A stretch of 64,000 nt of DNA from a virus (IMGVR_UViG_3300021256_002372:32001-96000); one strand, 5' to 3'; positions 38,121-48,561 are shown, numbered from the stretch's first letter. Translations and numbers: made by a program. The notes: generated by a model not told the origin, from the sequence alone.

Positions 38121-39087
38121 ACTGCACCTCCGGTATAATTCGATTTGAAATTGTGTCTTTCCTGTGTATAGTGTCAAGGGCTTCCTGTGCTTGATGATAG
38201 TAGTATAATGATTCATGAATTGAAGCATGCCCTAGAAACTTGCTGAGGTACGGGAGCATTTTTTCTGGATCAATTCCTTCCGCAATCCATCCATTGATTC
38301 TGTCAACAACAAAAGTATGCCGAAAAGACTTTATCGTAGGAGGATTGCTCAAATCGGAAAACCGAGTAGCCCGCCACGTTCTCAGAAAATAATCTCTAAC
38401 CGTAACAGGATCAATACTTTTTCCTGCTTTGGTACCAGGAAAAAGAAGTGTCTCAGTGGGGCATTCTGATAAGATATATTTTTTGTACTCATCAAGCATT
38501 CGCATAATATCATCGGTGACCCAGAGCTTTCTGTCCTTGTCACCTTTTGAGTGATAAATATGAATTGATGATTCATTAAAATCGATATACTCCCATTTCA
38601 ACGCTAATGGTTCTGACAGACGCATTCCACAACAATAATATAGCCTGAACAGAACCCTACATTCTTCCTTGAATCGAGAGCCAGTACTATTCTTAGCAGG
38701 CTGTAAATTGTCAAGTTTTTCAAAAAAATCTATGCGTTCATCGTTTGTGAATATGTGTGGATTCTTTGAAGTGGTTGCTTGTGTCAGTTGAGGAAGATAT
38801 GCATATTCTCCAAGAGACAGTATATATTTTGACAACTGCCTGATCACGCTTACTCTAACATATCTTGCATTTAGACCCTCTGTTTCGCGTTGAATTGACC
38901 ACGCATCAGATATTTCTTTTGTTACTGTTGTCTCAGAATAATCGTTCTGAACACAAAAGGTATCAAATTCCTTCAAAACGTCAGAATTCGAGCTGTACGC
39001 AAATCCTGATGCACGCTTTTCAGTTATCAGCCCTATTATGTGAGGTGCGAGTTTACTTGAATATGCATAATCACGTTGAGGCTTCAC
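38110..39087 (-). CDS. Tyrosine recombinase, RitB-like
   Basis: GMRLSE, SKGDKDR, IKSFRHTF (K in place of the HxxR His), LGH...YY. Confidence 0.9.
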   Translation of the reverse strand: MKPQRDYAYSSKLAPHIIGLITEKRASGFAYSSNSDVLKEFDTFCVQNDYSETTVTKEISDAWSIQRETEGLNARYVRVSVIRQLSKYILSLGEYAYLPQLTQATTSKNPHIFTNDERIDFFEKLDNLQPAKNSTGSRFKEECRVLFRLYYCCGMRLSEPLALKWEYIDFNESSIHIYHSKGDKDRKLWVTDDIMRMLDEYKKYILSECPTETLLFPGTKAGKSIDPVTVRDYFLRTWRATRFSDLSNPPTIKSFRHTFVVDRINGWIAEGIDPEKMLPYLSKFLGHASIHESLYYYHQAQEALDTIHRKDTISNRIIPEVQYES

Positions 39088-40723
39088 TTTTCATCACCGT
39101 CCTTTTGATTGGAAGACAACAAAGCTTTTCATTCACAATATCCGTTGCCAGATATCTATTGACACTGCTATAATCTGAATGCCCCAAGGAGTCTTTTATC
39201 ATGCTTGTATCGCTTCCTGTAGCCAGCAACCTTGAAGCAAAAGTTCTTCTTAAAATATGGAATTTACTGCATTTTTCATTAGTTGCCCTTCGTAAAGCAT
39301 CACGACAAATATGTGTACTAACGACATTGTTAAACGGGCTTTCATGTGAGAGGAAGACGTAGCCATTAGGCACCTTAGGACGTCCTTTAAGAATGTAATT
39401 TCGTATACGTGTTCCAACTAACAATGACATTGGCAGAACGATAGGGCGGTATGTCTTCTGCTGCGTGATAGATATTTCCATACTTCCCCAATCTATATCG
39501 CAGTATTTTAGACTAACAATGTCTATTCCACGGAACCCCATATAGAGACCAAGTGATAAAATCGCTGCATCACGTATTTCAAAAGGTGTTGAGGCATTTA
39601 AACAGTAACACTCTATCATTTGAATTTCTGATTCCGAAAGTATTTCTACAATCCTTCTGGAAGCTGCGTTACGTGACGGAAGTGATTTTGAAAAATCACT
39701 TTTTGTATAGCCGGCTGCAAATAAGAATCTAAGAAAACTCTTTACATCATAAAGATAATTGTTTTTTCCATTGCAAGACGCAGCGGCCATTGCGTTGTTG
39801 TATCCTTTTACTAAAGTTGGTGTAATTGATTCTATTTCATGTACGCCATTCATTTCAATATATCGCATGAAAGATACCGCACCTGAACGATGGACTTCGA
39901 TTGTTGATCGTGAGAAATTATCCTTTTGTTCTTCGGATAAATAATGCAGTATGATGCTTTTAAAGTGGTCACTAAGTTTTGCCATATTAGTATCGGATTT
40001 GTACTGGTGAGGAAGTTTTCTCACGATGAATACATTTCCATGAACTAAGTAGAACAAAAATTTATCCATGCAAGATTTTCTGGCACCAGAAAATCCTTTG
40101 AATGCAGGAAACTTCTCCATCATGTTCACCCAATATTTAGAAACGGATGGCGTAAAATCGATTTTTAATTCAGAGAGCAGTACGTATAGCATCTGTAGGT
40201 GAACGATATATTTATCTCTCAGGTTTTTTTCAGCGTTCGTATTTTTTCCTTTTAGGTGTTCGGTCATTTCCAGTGCTTTTTCCCAATAACTGGTTGGAGA
40301 TAGCGTTATCTCTGATTTCTTACCTGATAGGTTCTTTAGTACGTTAAGATCAGAATTATTCAACTCAAATAAAAGAGCACTTGCCTGCACAGGTGCGGTT
40401 GATAACAACGGCAGATAACTTGGAATAATTCCTTTTTTGGCTAACGATTGAAGAAATAGTTTCATAGCCACAATTCCACTGTATATACCATTCTTTTTCC
40501 GTTCTTCATCGAGGTATAATGATACAAGATTTCCATTTATACTCTTGTCATCATATATTCCATGCTTCATCATGAACAGCATAAAATTAGAAATCTGCTC
40601 CAGTTGAATTTTAACGCTTCGTGAGGTGCTACAATTTAGACGTTCGGCTTGATACCAAGCAAGAACTGCCTTGAAATCATCAGATAGTGCTTCATCATAA
40701 TGATTGTTTATTATATTATTCAT
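39071..40723 (-). CDS. Tyrosine recombinase, RitA-like, with extended N-terminus
   Basis: GFRGIDI, QQKT, FHILRRTFAS, LGHSDYSSVNRY; start MNNIIN behind AAGGAGG. Confidence 0.9.
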   Translation of the reverse strand: MNNIINNHYDEALSDDFKAVLAWYQAERLNCSTSRSVKIQLEQISNFMLFMMKHGIYDDKSINGNLVSLYLDEERKKNGIYSGIVAMKLFLQSLAKKGIIPSYLPLLSTAPVQASALLFELNNSDLNVLKNLSGKKSEITLSPTSYWEKALEMTEHLKGKNTNAEKNLRDKYIVHLQMLYVLLSELKIDFTPSVSKYWVNMMEKFPAFKGFSGARKSCMDKFLFYLVHGNVFIVRKLPHQYKSDTNMAKLSDHFKSIILHYLSEEQKDNFSRSTIEVHRSGAVSFMRYIEMNGVHEIESITPTLVKGYNNAMAAASCNGKNNYLYDVKSFLRFLFAAGYTKSDFSKSLPSRNAASRRIVEILSESEIQMIECYCLNASTPFEIRDAAILSLGLYMGFRGIDIVSLKYCDIDWGSMEISITQQKTYRPIVLPMSLLVGTRIRNYILKGRPKVPNGYVFLSHESPFNNVVSTHICRDALRRATNEKCSKFHILRRTFASRLLATGSDTSMIKDSLGHSDYSSVNRYLATDIVNEKLCCLPIKRTVMKSEAST

Positions 40724-40866
40724 GCATATCCTCCTTGAATTTGATATTATTATTATCCACATCTTTCATGAGGAGGATATGTCTATTTAGCGTGGCTACG
40801 CTTAAAAGTTGATGATAATTTTTTGTACACGATAATATTTCAAGGATTAAACAGGAGGAACAGCAT

Positions 40867-41934
40867 ATGAAACAGGGTAGATCATTACCGGAGGTGCTGA
40901 CGGAGCTGCAGCGGCAGAACGCTGCAAAGCGTGATTATGTCAGTCCGGCGCAGGCATTCACATTGCGCCCCGATGGTGCAACCTTTGAAATGCAGCATCA
41001 GAATACCGGCGCACAGGAGCTGTTCGGAACCACCGACCTCTTTCACAGACAGATCGGCAGTGTGCTGAATATCCCGGCGAAGTATTATGATCTCATGCGG
41101 AAGGAAAAGCCGGAACTTCTGGCGGAGAACGTCAATGCGTGGTTTGGCAGCCGGGAGCAGTCCTACATGGTACGTTCTATGGATTTCGGCGAAGGCAGAG
41201 TTGCACGCGCATTGCTCTCCGACCGCTACCGCCGTATTGACAATCTGGAGGTTGCATCGGCCGTCCTGCCGCTTTTCGCCGGTAAGGAGGAGATGGAGGT
41301 CGTTAGCTGTGCTGTCACCGAGACAATGCTGGCGATCAAGATAGTAAATCATCGGCTCGAAGCACAGGTCGTTCCAGGCGATTATGTTCAGGCGGGTGTT
41401 GTCATCCGAAATTCTGAGGTAGGTCTCGGCGCTGTCTCTGTGCAGCCGCTTGTATATCGTTTAGTATGTTCCAACGGAGCTATTGTGAATGACTTTGGTG
41501 AGCGCAGGGCGCATGTCGGCAGACAGGTGAAAGCACTGGAGGACAGCTTCAACGTATACACCGACGCCACTTTGAAAGCGGAGGACGATGTGTTCCTCAT
41601 GAAGATGAAGGACGCAACCCTTGCCGCTATTGAGGAGGCGCGGTTTGCACAGATCGTCGGTAAATTGCAGGATGCAACGCAAGCTCGTATCACAGGCCGT
41701 GTGCAGGATGTCATCGAGCTGACCGGCAAAGCGTATGACCTGAACCAGCCGGAGCAGGACAGCATCCTGAATTATCTCATCAAGGGCGGTGACCTGAGCC
41801 TTTATGGTTTATCCAATGCCATCACACGCGCTTCGCAGGATGTAGAATCTTACGACAGAGCCACTGCGTTAGAAGGCATCGGATGGCAGGTCGCCACCAT
41901 GACAAAAAATCAGTGGGAGGAAATCAACGCATGA
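40867..41934 (+). CDS. DUF932/DUF945-family phage protein
   Basis: ARALLSDRYRRIDN, RNSEVGLG, VYRLVCSNG, HVG. Confidence 0.82.
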   Translation: MKQGRSLPEVLTELQRQNAAKRDYVSPAQAFTLRPDGATFEMQHQNTGAQELFGTTDLFHRQIGSVLNIPAKYYDLMRKEKPELLAENVNAWFGSREQSYMVRSMDFGEGRVARALLSDRYRRIDNLEVASAVLPLFAGKEEMEVVSCAVTETMLAIKIVNHRLEAQVVPGDYVQAGVVIRNSEVGLGAVSVQPLVYRLVCSNGAIVNDFGERRAHVGRQVKALEDSFNVYTDATLKAEDDVFLMKMKDATLAAIEEARFAQIVGKLQDATQARITGRVQDVIELTGKAYDLNQPEQDSILNYLIKGGDLSLYGLSNAITRASQDVESYDRATALEGIGWQVATMTKNQWEEINA

Positions 41935-42164
41935 GCAGAACCTGGAAAGACAGAAAGGGCTATAAGACGAGACATCATCACCCTTCCTATACAACAAACG
42001 ATTACCAGAACCGTACACGAGGCGGCTATGAGGATTATGACCACAGCGATCAGGAGCTGTATGTCTACGATCAGAACTGCGAAAACTGCCGCTACCGCCA
42101 TGACTGTCATCACACGCCGTTCCCGTCCGGATGGTGTGAGTATTGGAAGGACGGCACCAGATGA
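41931..42164 (+). CDS. Small Cys/His-rich phage protein
   Basis: ATGA overlaps at both ends; CENC...C...WC. Confidence 0.6.
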   Translation: MSRTWKDRKGYKTRHHHPSYTTNDYQNRTRGGYEDYDHSDQELYVYDQNCENCRYRHDCHHTPFPSGWCEYWKDGTR

Positions 42165-42595
42165 GGGAATATGTCGTAGAGAACGAGTTTGTCAAAGCAG
42201 TAAAGGCTGCCGGCGGTGTGGCATATAAGCTCACATCGCAGACAGCCAATGGTCTGCCGGACAGACTCGTTCTCTTTTTCCCGGCAAAGACAGTCTTTGT
42301 AGAACTGAAAGCACCGGGGAAAATGATGCGGCCGTTGCAGAGAAAACGGCGGTATCAGTTGATGAAGCTCGGTTTTCCGGTGATGTGCATTGACCGGGTG
42401 CAACAGATCAGACCCTGCATCGATGCAATTCTATCATGGACACCCGGCGAACCGTTCCCAGATGGAATCGGTGCAAGAATCCCGGATCTGGAACTTGCAA
42501 CGCTGCCATCGGATCTTGATGATTTCGGTGAAACACTGGAGCCGGTTGACCCGGAGGATCTTGCCGGATTCTACGAACTGGAGGATGCAGAATGA
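42161..42595 (+). CDS. VRR-NUC nuclease
   Basis: E.EF, GLPDRL, FVELKAPG, RPLQ. Confidence 0.9.
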   Translation: MREYVVENEFVKAVKAAGGVAYKLTSQTANGLPDRLVLFFPAKTVFVELKAPGKMMRPLQRKRRYQLMKLGFPVMCIDRVQQIRPCIDAILSWTPGEPFPDGIGARIPDLELATLPSDLDDFGETLEPVDPEDLAGFYELEDAE

Positions 42596-43962
42596 AATAC
42601 ACACCTCATGACTATCAGCAGTTTTGCATCGAATATATCAAAACGCATAGGATTTCTGCGCTGTTTCTGGACATGGGCTTAGGCAAGACGATCATCACAT
42701 TGTCTGCTCTCCGTGACCTGCTGTTCGATGAACTTACAGTATCTAAAGTGCTTGTAATAGCTCCGCTCAGAGTAGCCCGCGACACCTGGCCTGCCGAGGT
42801 AAAGAAGTGGGATCATCTCAGCGACATCGAGCTTTCTGTTATTGTCGGCTCGGTTAAGGAGCGCACCGCAGCGGTAAACCACAATGCCTTCATCTATGTC
42901 GTGAACAGAGAAAATGTCAAATGGCTGGTCGAATATTACGAGAAGAATGGTCTGCGCTGGGATTATGATATGATCGTGATTGATGAGCTTTCGAGTTTCA
43001 AGAACTACCAGTCTCAGCGTTTCAAGTGGCTACGGAAAGTAAGACCTTTCGTAAAGCGGTGGGTAGGGCTGACCGGCACACCGACCTCCAATGGTCTCAT
43101 GGACTTATGGGCGGAGATCGGCATCCTCGATGGCGGCGAACGGCTCGGACGTTTCATCGGGCGTTTCCGTGAATCCTACTTCAAGCCAAGCAGCATGAAT
43201 CCGAGTACAGGCGTAGTATTCGCATACACACCGCGTCCTGGCGCAGAGCAACAGATTTATGATAAAATCTCGGACATTACGATCTCCATGAAAGCCCTTG
43301 ACTATCTGGATATGCCGGAATGTGTATTCGTCAACCATGAGGTCGAGATGGATGCTGCCGAGCGAAAGCTATACGATCAGCTCAGACACGATCTTATTAT
43401 CCCGTTGGAGGACGGTGACATTGATGCTGCGAATGCCGCATCTCTTTCCAACAAGCTACTCCAGATGGCGAACGGAGCTGTGTACGATGAAAACAAGGAA
43501 GTGCGTCGGATACACGATCACAAGCTGGAAATGCTGGAGGATCTGATCGAAGCGGCGAACGGACAGCCGGTATTGATTGGATACTGGTTCAAGCATGACC
43601 GCGCCCGCATCATCGAACACCTGACCGCTTGTGGATACAAGCCCCGTGACATCAAGGACAGCTCCGATATCGCTGATTGGAATAACGGTTCTATTCCCGT
43701 TGCTCTGATACATCCTGCATCCGCAGGACACGGATTGAACATCCAGTCCGGCGGTCACATTCTGATCTGGTTTGGTCTGACTTGGAGTCTGGAACTGTAT
43801 CAGCAGACGAATGCCCGGTTATGGCGACAGGGTCAGGAAGCCACCGTCACGATCCACCATATCGTATGTAAAGATACCGTGGATGAGGATGTACTTTCTG
43901 CCCTTGCCAATAAGGATGTAACGCAGGAAAAGCTGATAGCAGCAGTCAAAGCACGGCTGTAA
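42592..43962 (+). CDS. SNF2-family phage helicase
   Basis: DMGLGKT, IDELS, LTGTP, HGLNIQ, NARLWRQGQ. Confidence 0.93.
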   Translation: MKYTPHDYQQFCIEYIKTHRISALFLDMGLGKTIITLSALRDLLFDELTVSKVLVIAPLRVARDTWPAEVKKWDHLSDIELSVIVGSVKERTAAVNHNAFIYVVNRENVKWLVEYYEKNGLRWDYDMIVIDELSSFKNYQSQRFKWLRKVRPFVKRWVGLTGTPTSNGLMDLWAEIGILDGGERLGRFIGRFRESYFKPSSMNPSTGVVFAYTPRPGAEQQIYDKISDITISMKALDYLDMPECVFVNHEVEMDAAERKLYDQLRHDLIIPLEDGDIDAANAASLSNKLLQMANGAVYDENKEVRRIHDHKLEMLEDLIEAANGQPVLIGYWFKHDRARIIEHLTACGYKPRDIKDSSDIADWNNGSIPVALIHPASAGHGLNIQSGGHILIWFGLTWSLELYQQTNARLWRQGQEATVTIHHIVCKDTVDEDVLSALANKDVTQEKLIAAVKARL

Positions 43963-44090
43963 CGATTATACAGTCTGTAGGTTCCGCTGACATTTGACGA
44001 CAGCGCGGCGAAGAAATGACGACAAAACGGTTACGTCTAAAAGTAACATGAAATGCTGCAAAACGGTAACGCCCACATATTTCACAGGAG

Positions 44091-44558
44091 GTGATCTTAT
44101 TGGCTCGTAAAAACAATCGAATGCAATCCGAATACCACAGATCTCTCGGCTTTGATCCGAAGAAGTACACAACTGCGGCACCCGCCACACCTGACCGCAC
44201 ACCGCAGCGGTATGACATCTGGTTTGCAAGTCTCGGCTGTCAGCCAAATACCAGTGTGCAGGGCGGCACACGCCCGGTCATTATCATTTCCAATGACCTC
44301 GGCAACGCCCATGCAGAAACAGTCAACGTTGTCCCGATGACCCGACACCTGAAAAAGCCGGAACTGCCCTGTCACACACAGCTTGACCCGGACAGTGTCA
44401 CGGACAAGCATCAGCCGTTAGACCCGTCTATGGTACTGGCAGAGCAGCTTACCACCATAAGCAAATATGCGCTGCGGTCTTATGCCGGCCATATTGCGGA
44501 CGAGAACGCCATGCATCGCATTGAAGCTGCTGTGACCGCACAGCTTGGATTGGAGTGA
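44091..44558 (+). CDS. PemK/MazF-family protein (orphan)
   Basis: RYDIWFA..G...SVQGGTRPVIIISND.GN, VVPMT, LAEQLTTISK. Confidence 0.85.
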   Translation: MILLARKNNRMQSEYHRSLGFDPKKYTTAAPATPDRTPQRYDIWFASLGCQPNTSVQGGTRPVIIISNDLGNAHAETVNVVPMTRHLKKPELPCHTQLDPDSVTDKHQPLDPSMVLAEQLTTISKYALRSYAGHIADENAMHRIEAAVTAQLGLE

Positions 44559-46987
44559 AGAATATGCCCGTTAATTTTGTCAATATCCCGGATGCACTGA
44601 AGCGGAATGCTTCTTTCTGCGTCTGGAAACTGGAGAAACGCAGCGGTCGTCCTACTAAGGTGCCGTATGACCCGAAAACACGGAATATGGCGCGAACCAA
44701 CGACCCTTCCACCTTTGCCGACTTCAACACGGCAATGAAGGCATACGCCATCGGTGGATGGGACGGCATCGGTTACCGTGTGTCCGAGGGAATCGGTGCC
44801 ATCGACATCGACCACTGCATCCGTGAGGACGGATCTTTGAACGATGTCGCAGCATCTATCCTCGGAATCTTCCCGTCTGCCTACTTTGAGAAGTCACCCT
44901 CCGGCACAGGTCTGCGTGGTTTCTTCAAGCTGTCGCCTGATTTCGCCTATGACAAGACTGTCTACTATATCAACAACCGCAAGCATGGTCTTGAGGTGTA
45001 TCTGCCCGGCGTAACGAACCGTTTCGTGACCGTCACCGGCGATATGTTTAAGGAAGGAACAGTCGAGCGCAATGACGAAGCGCTCCGTTCCTTGCTGGAA
45101 ACCTTCATGAAGCGCAGCACCCGTGTATCTTCAAAAACGGTAGAACCCTGCTCCTACCTCGATGACGATGGCGTTATCGCGCACGCATCGGCATCTGAAT
45201 CCGGCGACAAGTTCAAAGCACTCTACGCCGGAAACTGGGAGGAAGGCTATGATTCGCAGTCCGATGCGGATATGGCTTTCGTGTCCATGCTGGCATTCTG
45301 GTGCGGCAATGTCGAGGAGCAGATCGACCGCATCTTCCGTTCGTCTGGTCTGATGCGTGACAAGTGGGATCGTATGACCGGCGACAGCACCTATGGACAG
45401 ATTACGATCCGCAATGCGGTATCATCCAACGGAGAAATCTATACGCCGATCATGGGATCATCCGCTGAGGATGATTTTGAGACCATCGAGGAGGAAGCGG
45501 AAGTTCTGAACTTCGAGCCGGATCTGAGCCACATTACACTCACGCTTGAGGAAATGCAGCCGCACACCAAGCCCCGCTACCAGCGTGACGAGATCGGCAT
45601 CGGTTACGCTTTCGCCGATTACTATAAGCCCATCGCTCGTTTCGACCGGGAGCGCGGTATCTGGTATGTCTATGACGGAAAGGTATGGCAGCCCGATGAA
45701 AATGCCCTCGCAGTGGCGGAGCTTGCCAAAATCTTAGCTGACCGTCTGTATACCTTTGCGCTTCAGATCACCGATGAGGACACCAGAAACAGATATATCA
45801 AGCGTGTGCAGAAGCTCCAGATGCGGAAGAATCGTCGTACCATGATCGAGGATGCCAAGTCTGTCTATCCGGTATCCCACACAGTATTCGACCGCAATAC
45901 CGATCTGTTCAACTGTCAGAACGGAACGCTGAACCTCACCACAGGAGAATTCCGCCCGCACGATCCTGCGGATTTTCTGACCATGATGTCCGGTGTCACT
46001 TATGATCCGGCTGCCACCTGTCCGCGATGGGAGCAGTTTATTTCTGAGGTGATGTGTAATGACAGCGATCTCGCTCTGTATTTGCAGAAAGCTCTCGGTT
46101 ACGCTTTGACCGGCGACACCTCTCTCGAATGCCTGTTCATTCTCTATGGCGCAACTTCCCGTAACGGTAAGGGTACCACAATGGAAACGTTTCTCAAAAT
46201 TATGGGTGACTACGGCAAGACCTCCAATCCTGAAATGCTGTCTACGAAATTCGGCAACGCCAATGCATCCGGACCGTCCGAGGAGATTGCCCGCCTTGCC
46301 GGTGTACGTTTCGTCAATATCTCGGAGCCGGAGAAGAAGATCACATTCAATGCCGCACTGGTCAAGAGAATGACCGGTAACGACACACTGAATGCCCGTT
46401 TCCTGCATGAGAACAGCTTCGATTTCAAGCCGAACTTCAAAATCTTCATCAACACGAACTACAAGCCCTCCGTCTCGGATATGACGCTATTTTACTCCAA
46501 CCGTCTGAAGCTGATCCCGTTCAAGCGCCATTTCGAGGAGCATGAGCAGGATAAGGGCTTGAAGGCGTTTTTTAGCCAGAATGACAGCCAGTCCGCGATC
46601 TTCAACTGGTGTTACCAAGGTTATAAGCTGTTCAGGAAACAGGGCTTGGAGGATCCGGCTGCCGTGACGGAAGCGACCAGGGAGTATCAGGATGAGTCCG
46701 ACCGCATCGGGCAGTTTGTAGATGCGTGGCTCGAAGAAGGTGAAGCCTATGAAGTGCGTACCTCGGCGGTGTATAACATCTATGGACAGTGGTGTGAGAA
46801 GTATGGCTATCGCAAGGAAAACAGCACCAATTTCAATAATGCTATCCAGCGTTTCTTCCCTATCGTGCGCAAGCGCCCGAATGACGGCAACGGTGCGCAG
46901 AAAACTACGATGCTGATTGGCTGTCGTTTTCTGGAGCATGAAAAGGGTGAAGATGAGAAGCCGGAGGAGTTCGCAGCTTTGGAGTGA
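44555..46987 (+). CDS. Primase-polymerase / D5-P4 family primase-helicase
   Basis: IDIDH, EKSPSGTG, SQSDAD..WCG, D5_N region, GATSRNGKGT Walker A. Confidence 0.92.
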   Translation: MKNMPVNFVNIPDALKRNASFCVWKLEKRSGRPTKVPYDPKTRNMARTNDPSTFADFNTAMKAYAIGGWDGIGYRVSEGIGAIDIDHCIREDGSLNDVAASILGIFPSAYFEKSPSGTGLRGFFKLSPDFAYDKTVYYINNRKHGLEVYLPGVTNRFVTVTGDMFKEGTVERNDEALRSLLETFMKRSTRVSSKTVEPCSYLDDDGVIAHASASESGDKFKALYAGNWEEGYDSQSDADMAFVSMLAFWCGNVEEQIDRIFRSSGLMRDKWDRMTGDSTYGQITIRNAVSSNGEIYTPIMGSSAEDDFETIEEEAEVLNFEPDLSHITLTLEEMQPHTKPRYQRDEIGIGYAFADYYKPIARFDRERGIWYVYDGKVWQPDENALAVAELAKILADRLYTFALQITDEDTRNRYIKRVQKLQMRKNRRTMIEDAKSVYPVSHTVFDRNTDLFNCQNGTLNLTTGEFRPHDPADFLTMMSGVTYDPAATCPRWEQFISEVMCNDSDLALYLQKALGYALTGDTSLECLFILYGATSRNGKGTTMETFLKIMGDYGKTSNPEMLSTKFGNANASGPSEEIARLAGVRFVNISEPEKKITFNAALVKRMTGNDTLNARFLHENSFDFKPNFKIFINTNYKPSVSDMTLFYSNRLKLIPFKRHFEEHEQDKGLKAFFSQNDSQSAIFNWCYQGYKLFRKQGLEDPAAVTEATREYQDESDRIGQFVDAWLEEGEAYEVRTSAVYNIYGQWCEKYGYRKENSTNFNNAIQRFFPIVRKRPNDGNGAQKTTMLIGCRFLEHEKGEDEKPEEFAALE

Positions 46988-47063
46988 TGCAATCTTCAGC
47001 ACTTGTAAGGTGCTAACAAACCAAAATCTCTAATTTTCCTCGATTCTACGTTGTTTCCGCAAC

Positions 47064-47175
47064 TGGGGCAACGTGGGGCAAGTTTTTTTGGTCTTTATTA
47101 TATATACTTTTCTTTATATATATTACTATATTTACTTGCCCCTACTTGCCCCAAATATAAATAAATAAAAGAAAA
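47064..47175. other. Putative phage replication origin
   Basis: 2x TGGGGCAA (47064, 47074) facing 2x ACTTGCCCC (47134, 47144) around a highly AT-rich core, just after the primase gene. Confidence 0.65.
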
Positions 47176-47332
47176 GATAAGAAGAATAGGGATTTTATTG
47201 AAATCAGGACTTTCGCCTACCGTCTTGCCAGGGATTGTAAGATACAAACTGTGGAAACCGCCACGGTGTGTCAGTGACAGGCTTGGCAAGGTGAGAGGCA
47301 TCAACATCAATTTTTATCAGGAGGAAAAGACT

Positions 47333-48451
47333 ATGAACAGAATCATCACATGTGAGCAGGTATCCGCAGGACATCCGGACAAGATCTGTGACCAGATCGC
47401 AGATGCCATCGTGTCCGACTGTCTGAAGCATGACCGAAATTCCCGCGTTGCCATCGAGTGCCTCTTCAAGAACCGCAGCCTTGTGATCGCCGGGGAGCTG
47501 TCCAGCACCCACAAGCCGGATTACAGGAAGCTGGTGCAGAGCGTGTTCGACCGCATTAACAACACGGACAGTGACAATCCCTATGCGCCGACCAGTCGCA
47601 CCGATGCCGGCATGGACTATAAGCTGGACTTCGCTGTTGACGATCTCGACATCACAATTCTTGTCGATCACCAGAGTGGTGACATTGCACTCGGCGTAGA
47701 CAAGGGCGGTGCCGGTGACCAGGGGATGTGCTACGGCTATGCCACAAACGAAACACCGGATCTGCTCCCTATTCCGTTTGTGCTGGCGACCAGATTTCTG
47801 CGTCTGTTGAAGGCGTATCCCTGCCGTATGCTGAAAGCCGATGCGAAGGCGCAGGTCAGTTTCGACTACGACACCGGAAAGATCACAACGTTCCTCTGCT
47901 CTGTGCAGCACGTCCACGGTGTTGAGGTCGAGGACTTCCGTGACATCATCGAAAAGCTGATGGTGAGAACGGCAACAGCCTACGGTCTGAACACCGACTT
48001 CGTAAAGCTCGTCAATCCGACCGGTCGCTTTGTTATCGGCAGTTCCTTCGCCGACTGCGGTGTGACCGGACGTAAGCTCGCCTGCGACACCTACGGCGGT
48101 ATCGGTCACATCGGCGGTGGTGCGCTGTCCGGCAAGGATCCCAGTAAGGTTGACCGCAGCGGCGCGTATATGGCCCGCAAGATTGCACGAGATATTGTCA
48201 GCGCCGGATATGCTGACAAGGCAGAAGTACAGATCGCATACGCCATAGGTGTGGCAGAGCCTGTGTCTGTGTATGTCGAGACCTTCGGCACCGAGCAGCA
48301 GGACAAGGCGTTCATCGATCTGTACGTCCGTGAGAACTATGACCTCACGCCGAGAGGCATCATCGAGAACCTCGGTCTGCTGGATGTGGACTACAATACT
48401 GTATCCGCTTACGGAAACTTCGGAAAACAGGGCTTTTCGTGGGAGGAGTAA
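47333..48451 (+). CDS. metK: S-adenosylmethionine synthetase (phage-borne)
   Basis: GHPDKICDQI, GAGDQG, GGGALSGKDPSKVDRS; start MNRIIT behind GGAGG. Confidence 0.95.
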   Translation: MNRIITCEQVSAGHPDKICDQIADAIVSDCLKHDRNSRVAIECLFKNRSLVIAGELSSTHKPDYRKLVQSVFDRINNTDSDNPYAPTSRTDAGMDYKLDFAVDDLDITILVDHQSGDIALGVDKGGAGDQGMCYGYATNETPDLLPIPFVLATRFLRLLKAYPCRMLKADAKAQVSFDYDTGKITTFLCSVQHVHGVEVEDFRDIIEKLMVRTATAYGLNTDFVKLVNPTGRFVIGSSFADCGVTGRKLACDTYGGIGHIGGGALSGKDPSKVDRSGAYMARKIARDIVSAGYADKAEVQIAYAIGVAEPVSVYVETFGTEQQDKAFIDLYVRENYDLTPRGIIENLGLLDVDYNTVSAYGNFGKQGFSWEE

Positions 48452-48486
48452 GAGAAACACTATTTTTTATCAAAATTTTTGAAAGC

Positions 48487-48527
48487 ATACCCCTAAAACA
48501 CCCCCCTGAAACGGTATATAGTAGAGG
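48487..48527 (+). promoter_or_regulatory. Candidate phage-sigma-dependent promoter, copy 2
   Basis: ATACCCCT-20 bp-TATATAGTAGAGG upstream of the HNH gene. Confidence 0.6.
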
Positions 48528-48561
48528 CCTTTGCACGAGGCGGTAAACGGAGGTGAAGCCA

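Larger units (their letters stand above)
36952..40839 (-). mobile_element. RIT element (three tyrosine recombinases)
   Basis: Three overlapping tyrosine recombinase genes; 36-bp inverted repeats 36977-37012 / 40804-40839 with 2 mismatches; terminal palindrome; visibly AT-rich. Confidence 0.92.

Noticed and set aside
37086-40723. Tyrosine recombinases as the prophage integrase
   Set aside because: Trio arrangement, own inverted repeats and insertion within pol identify a separate RIT element.
47204-48460. 418-aa ORF antisense to metK
   Set aside because: Mirror of a clear gene with strong codon bias; no motifs.
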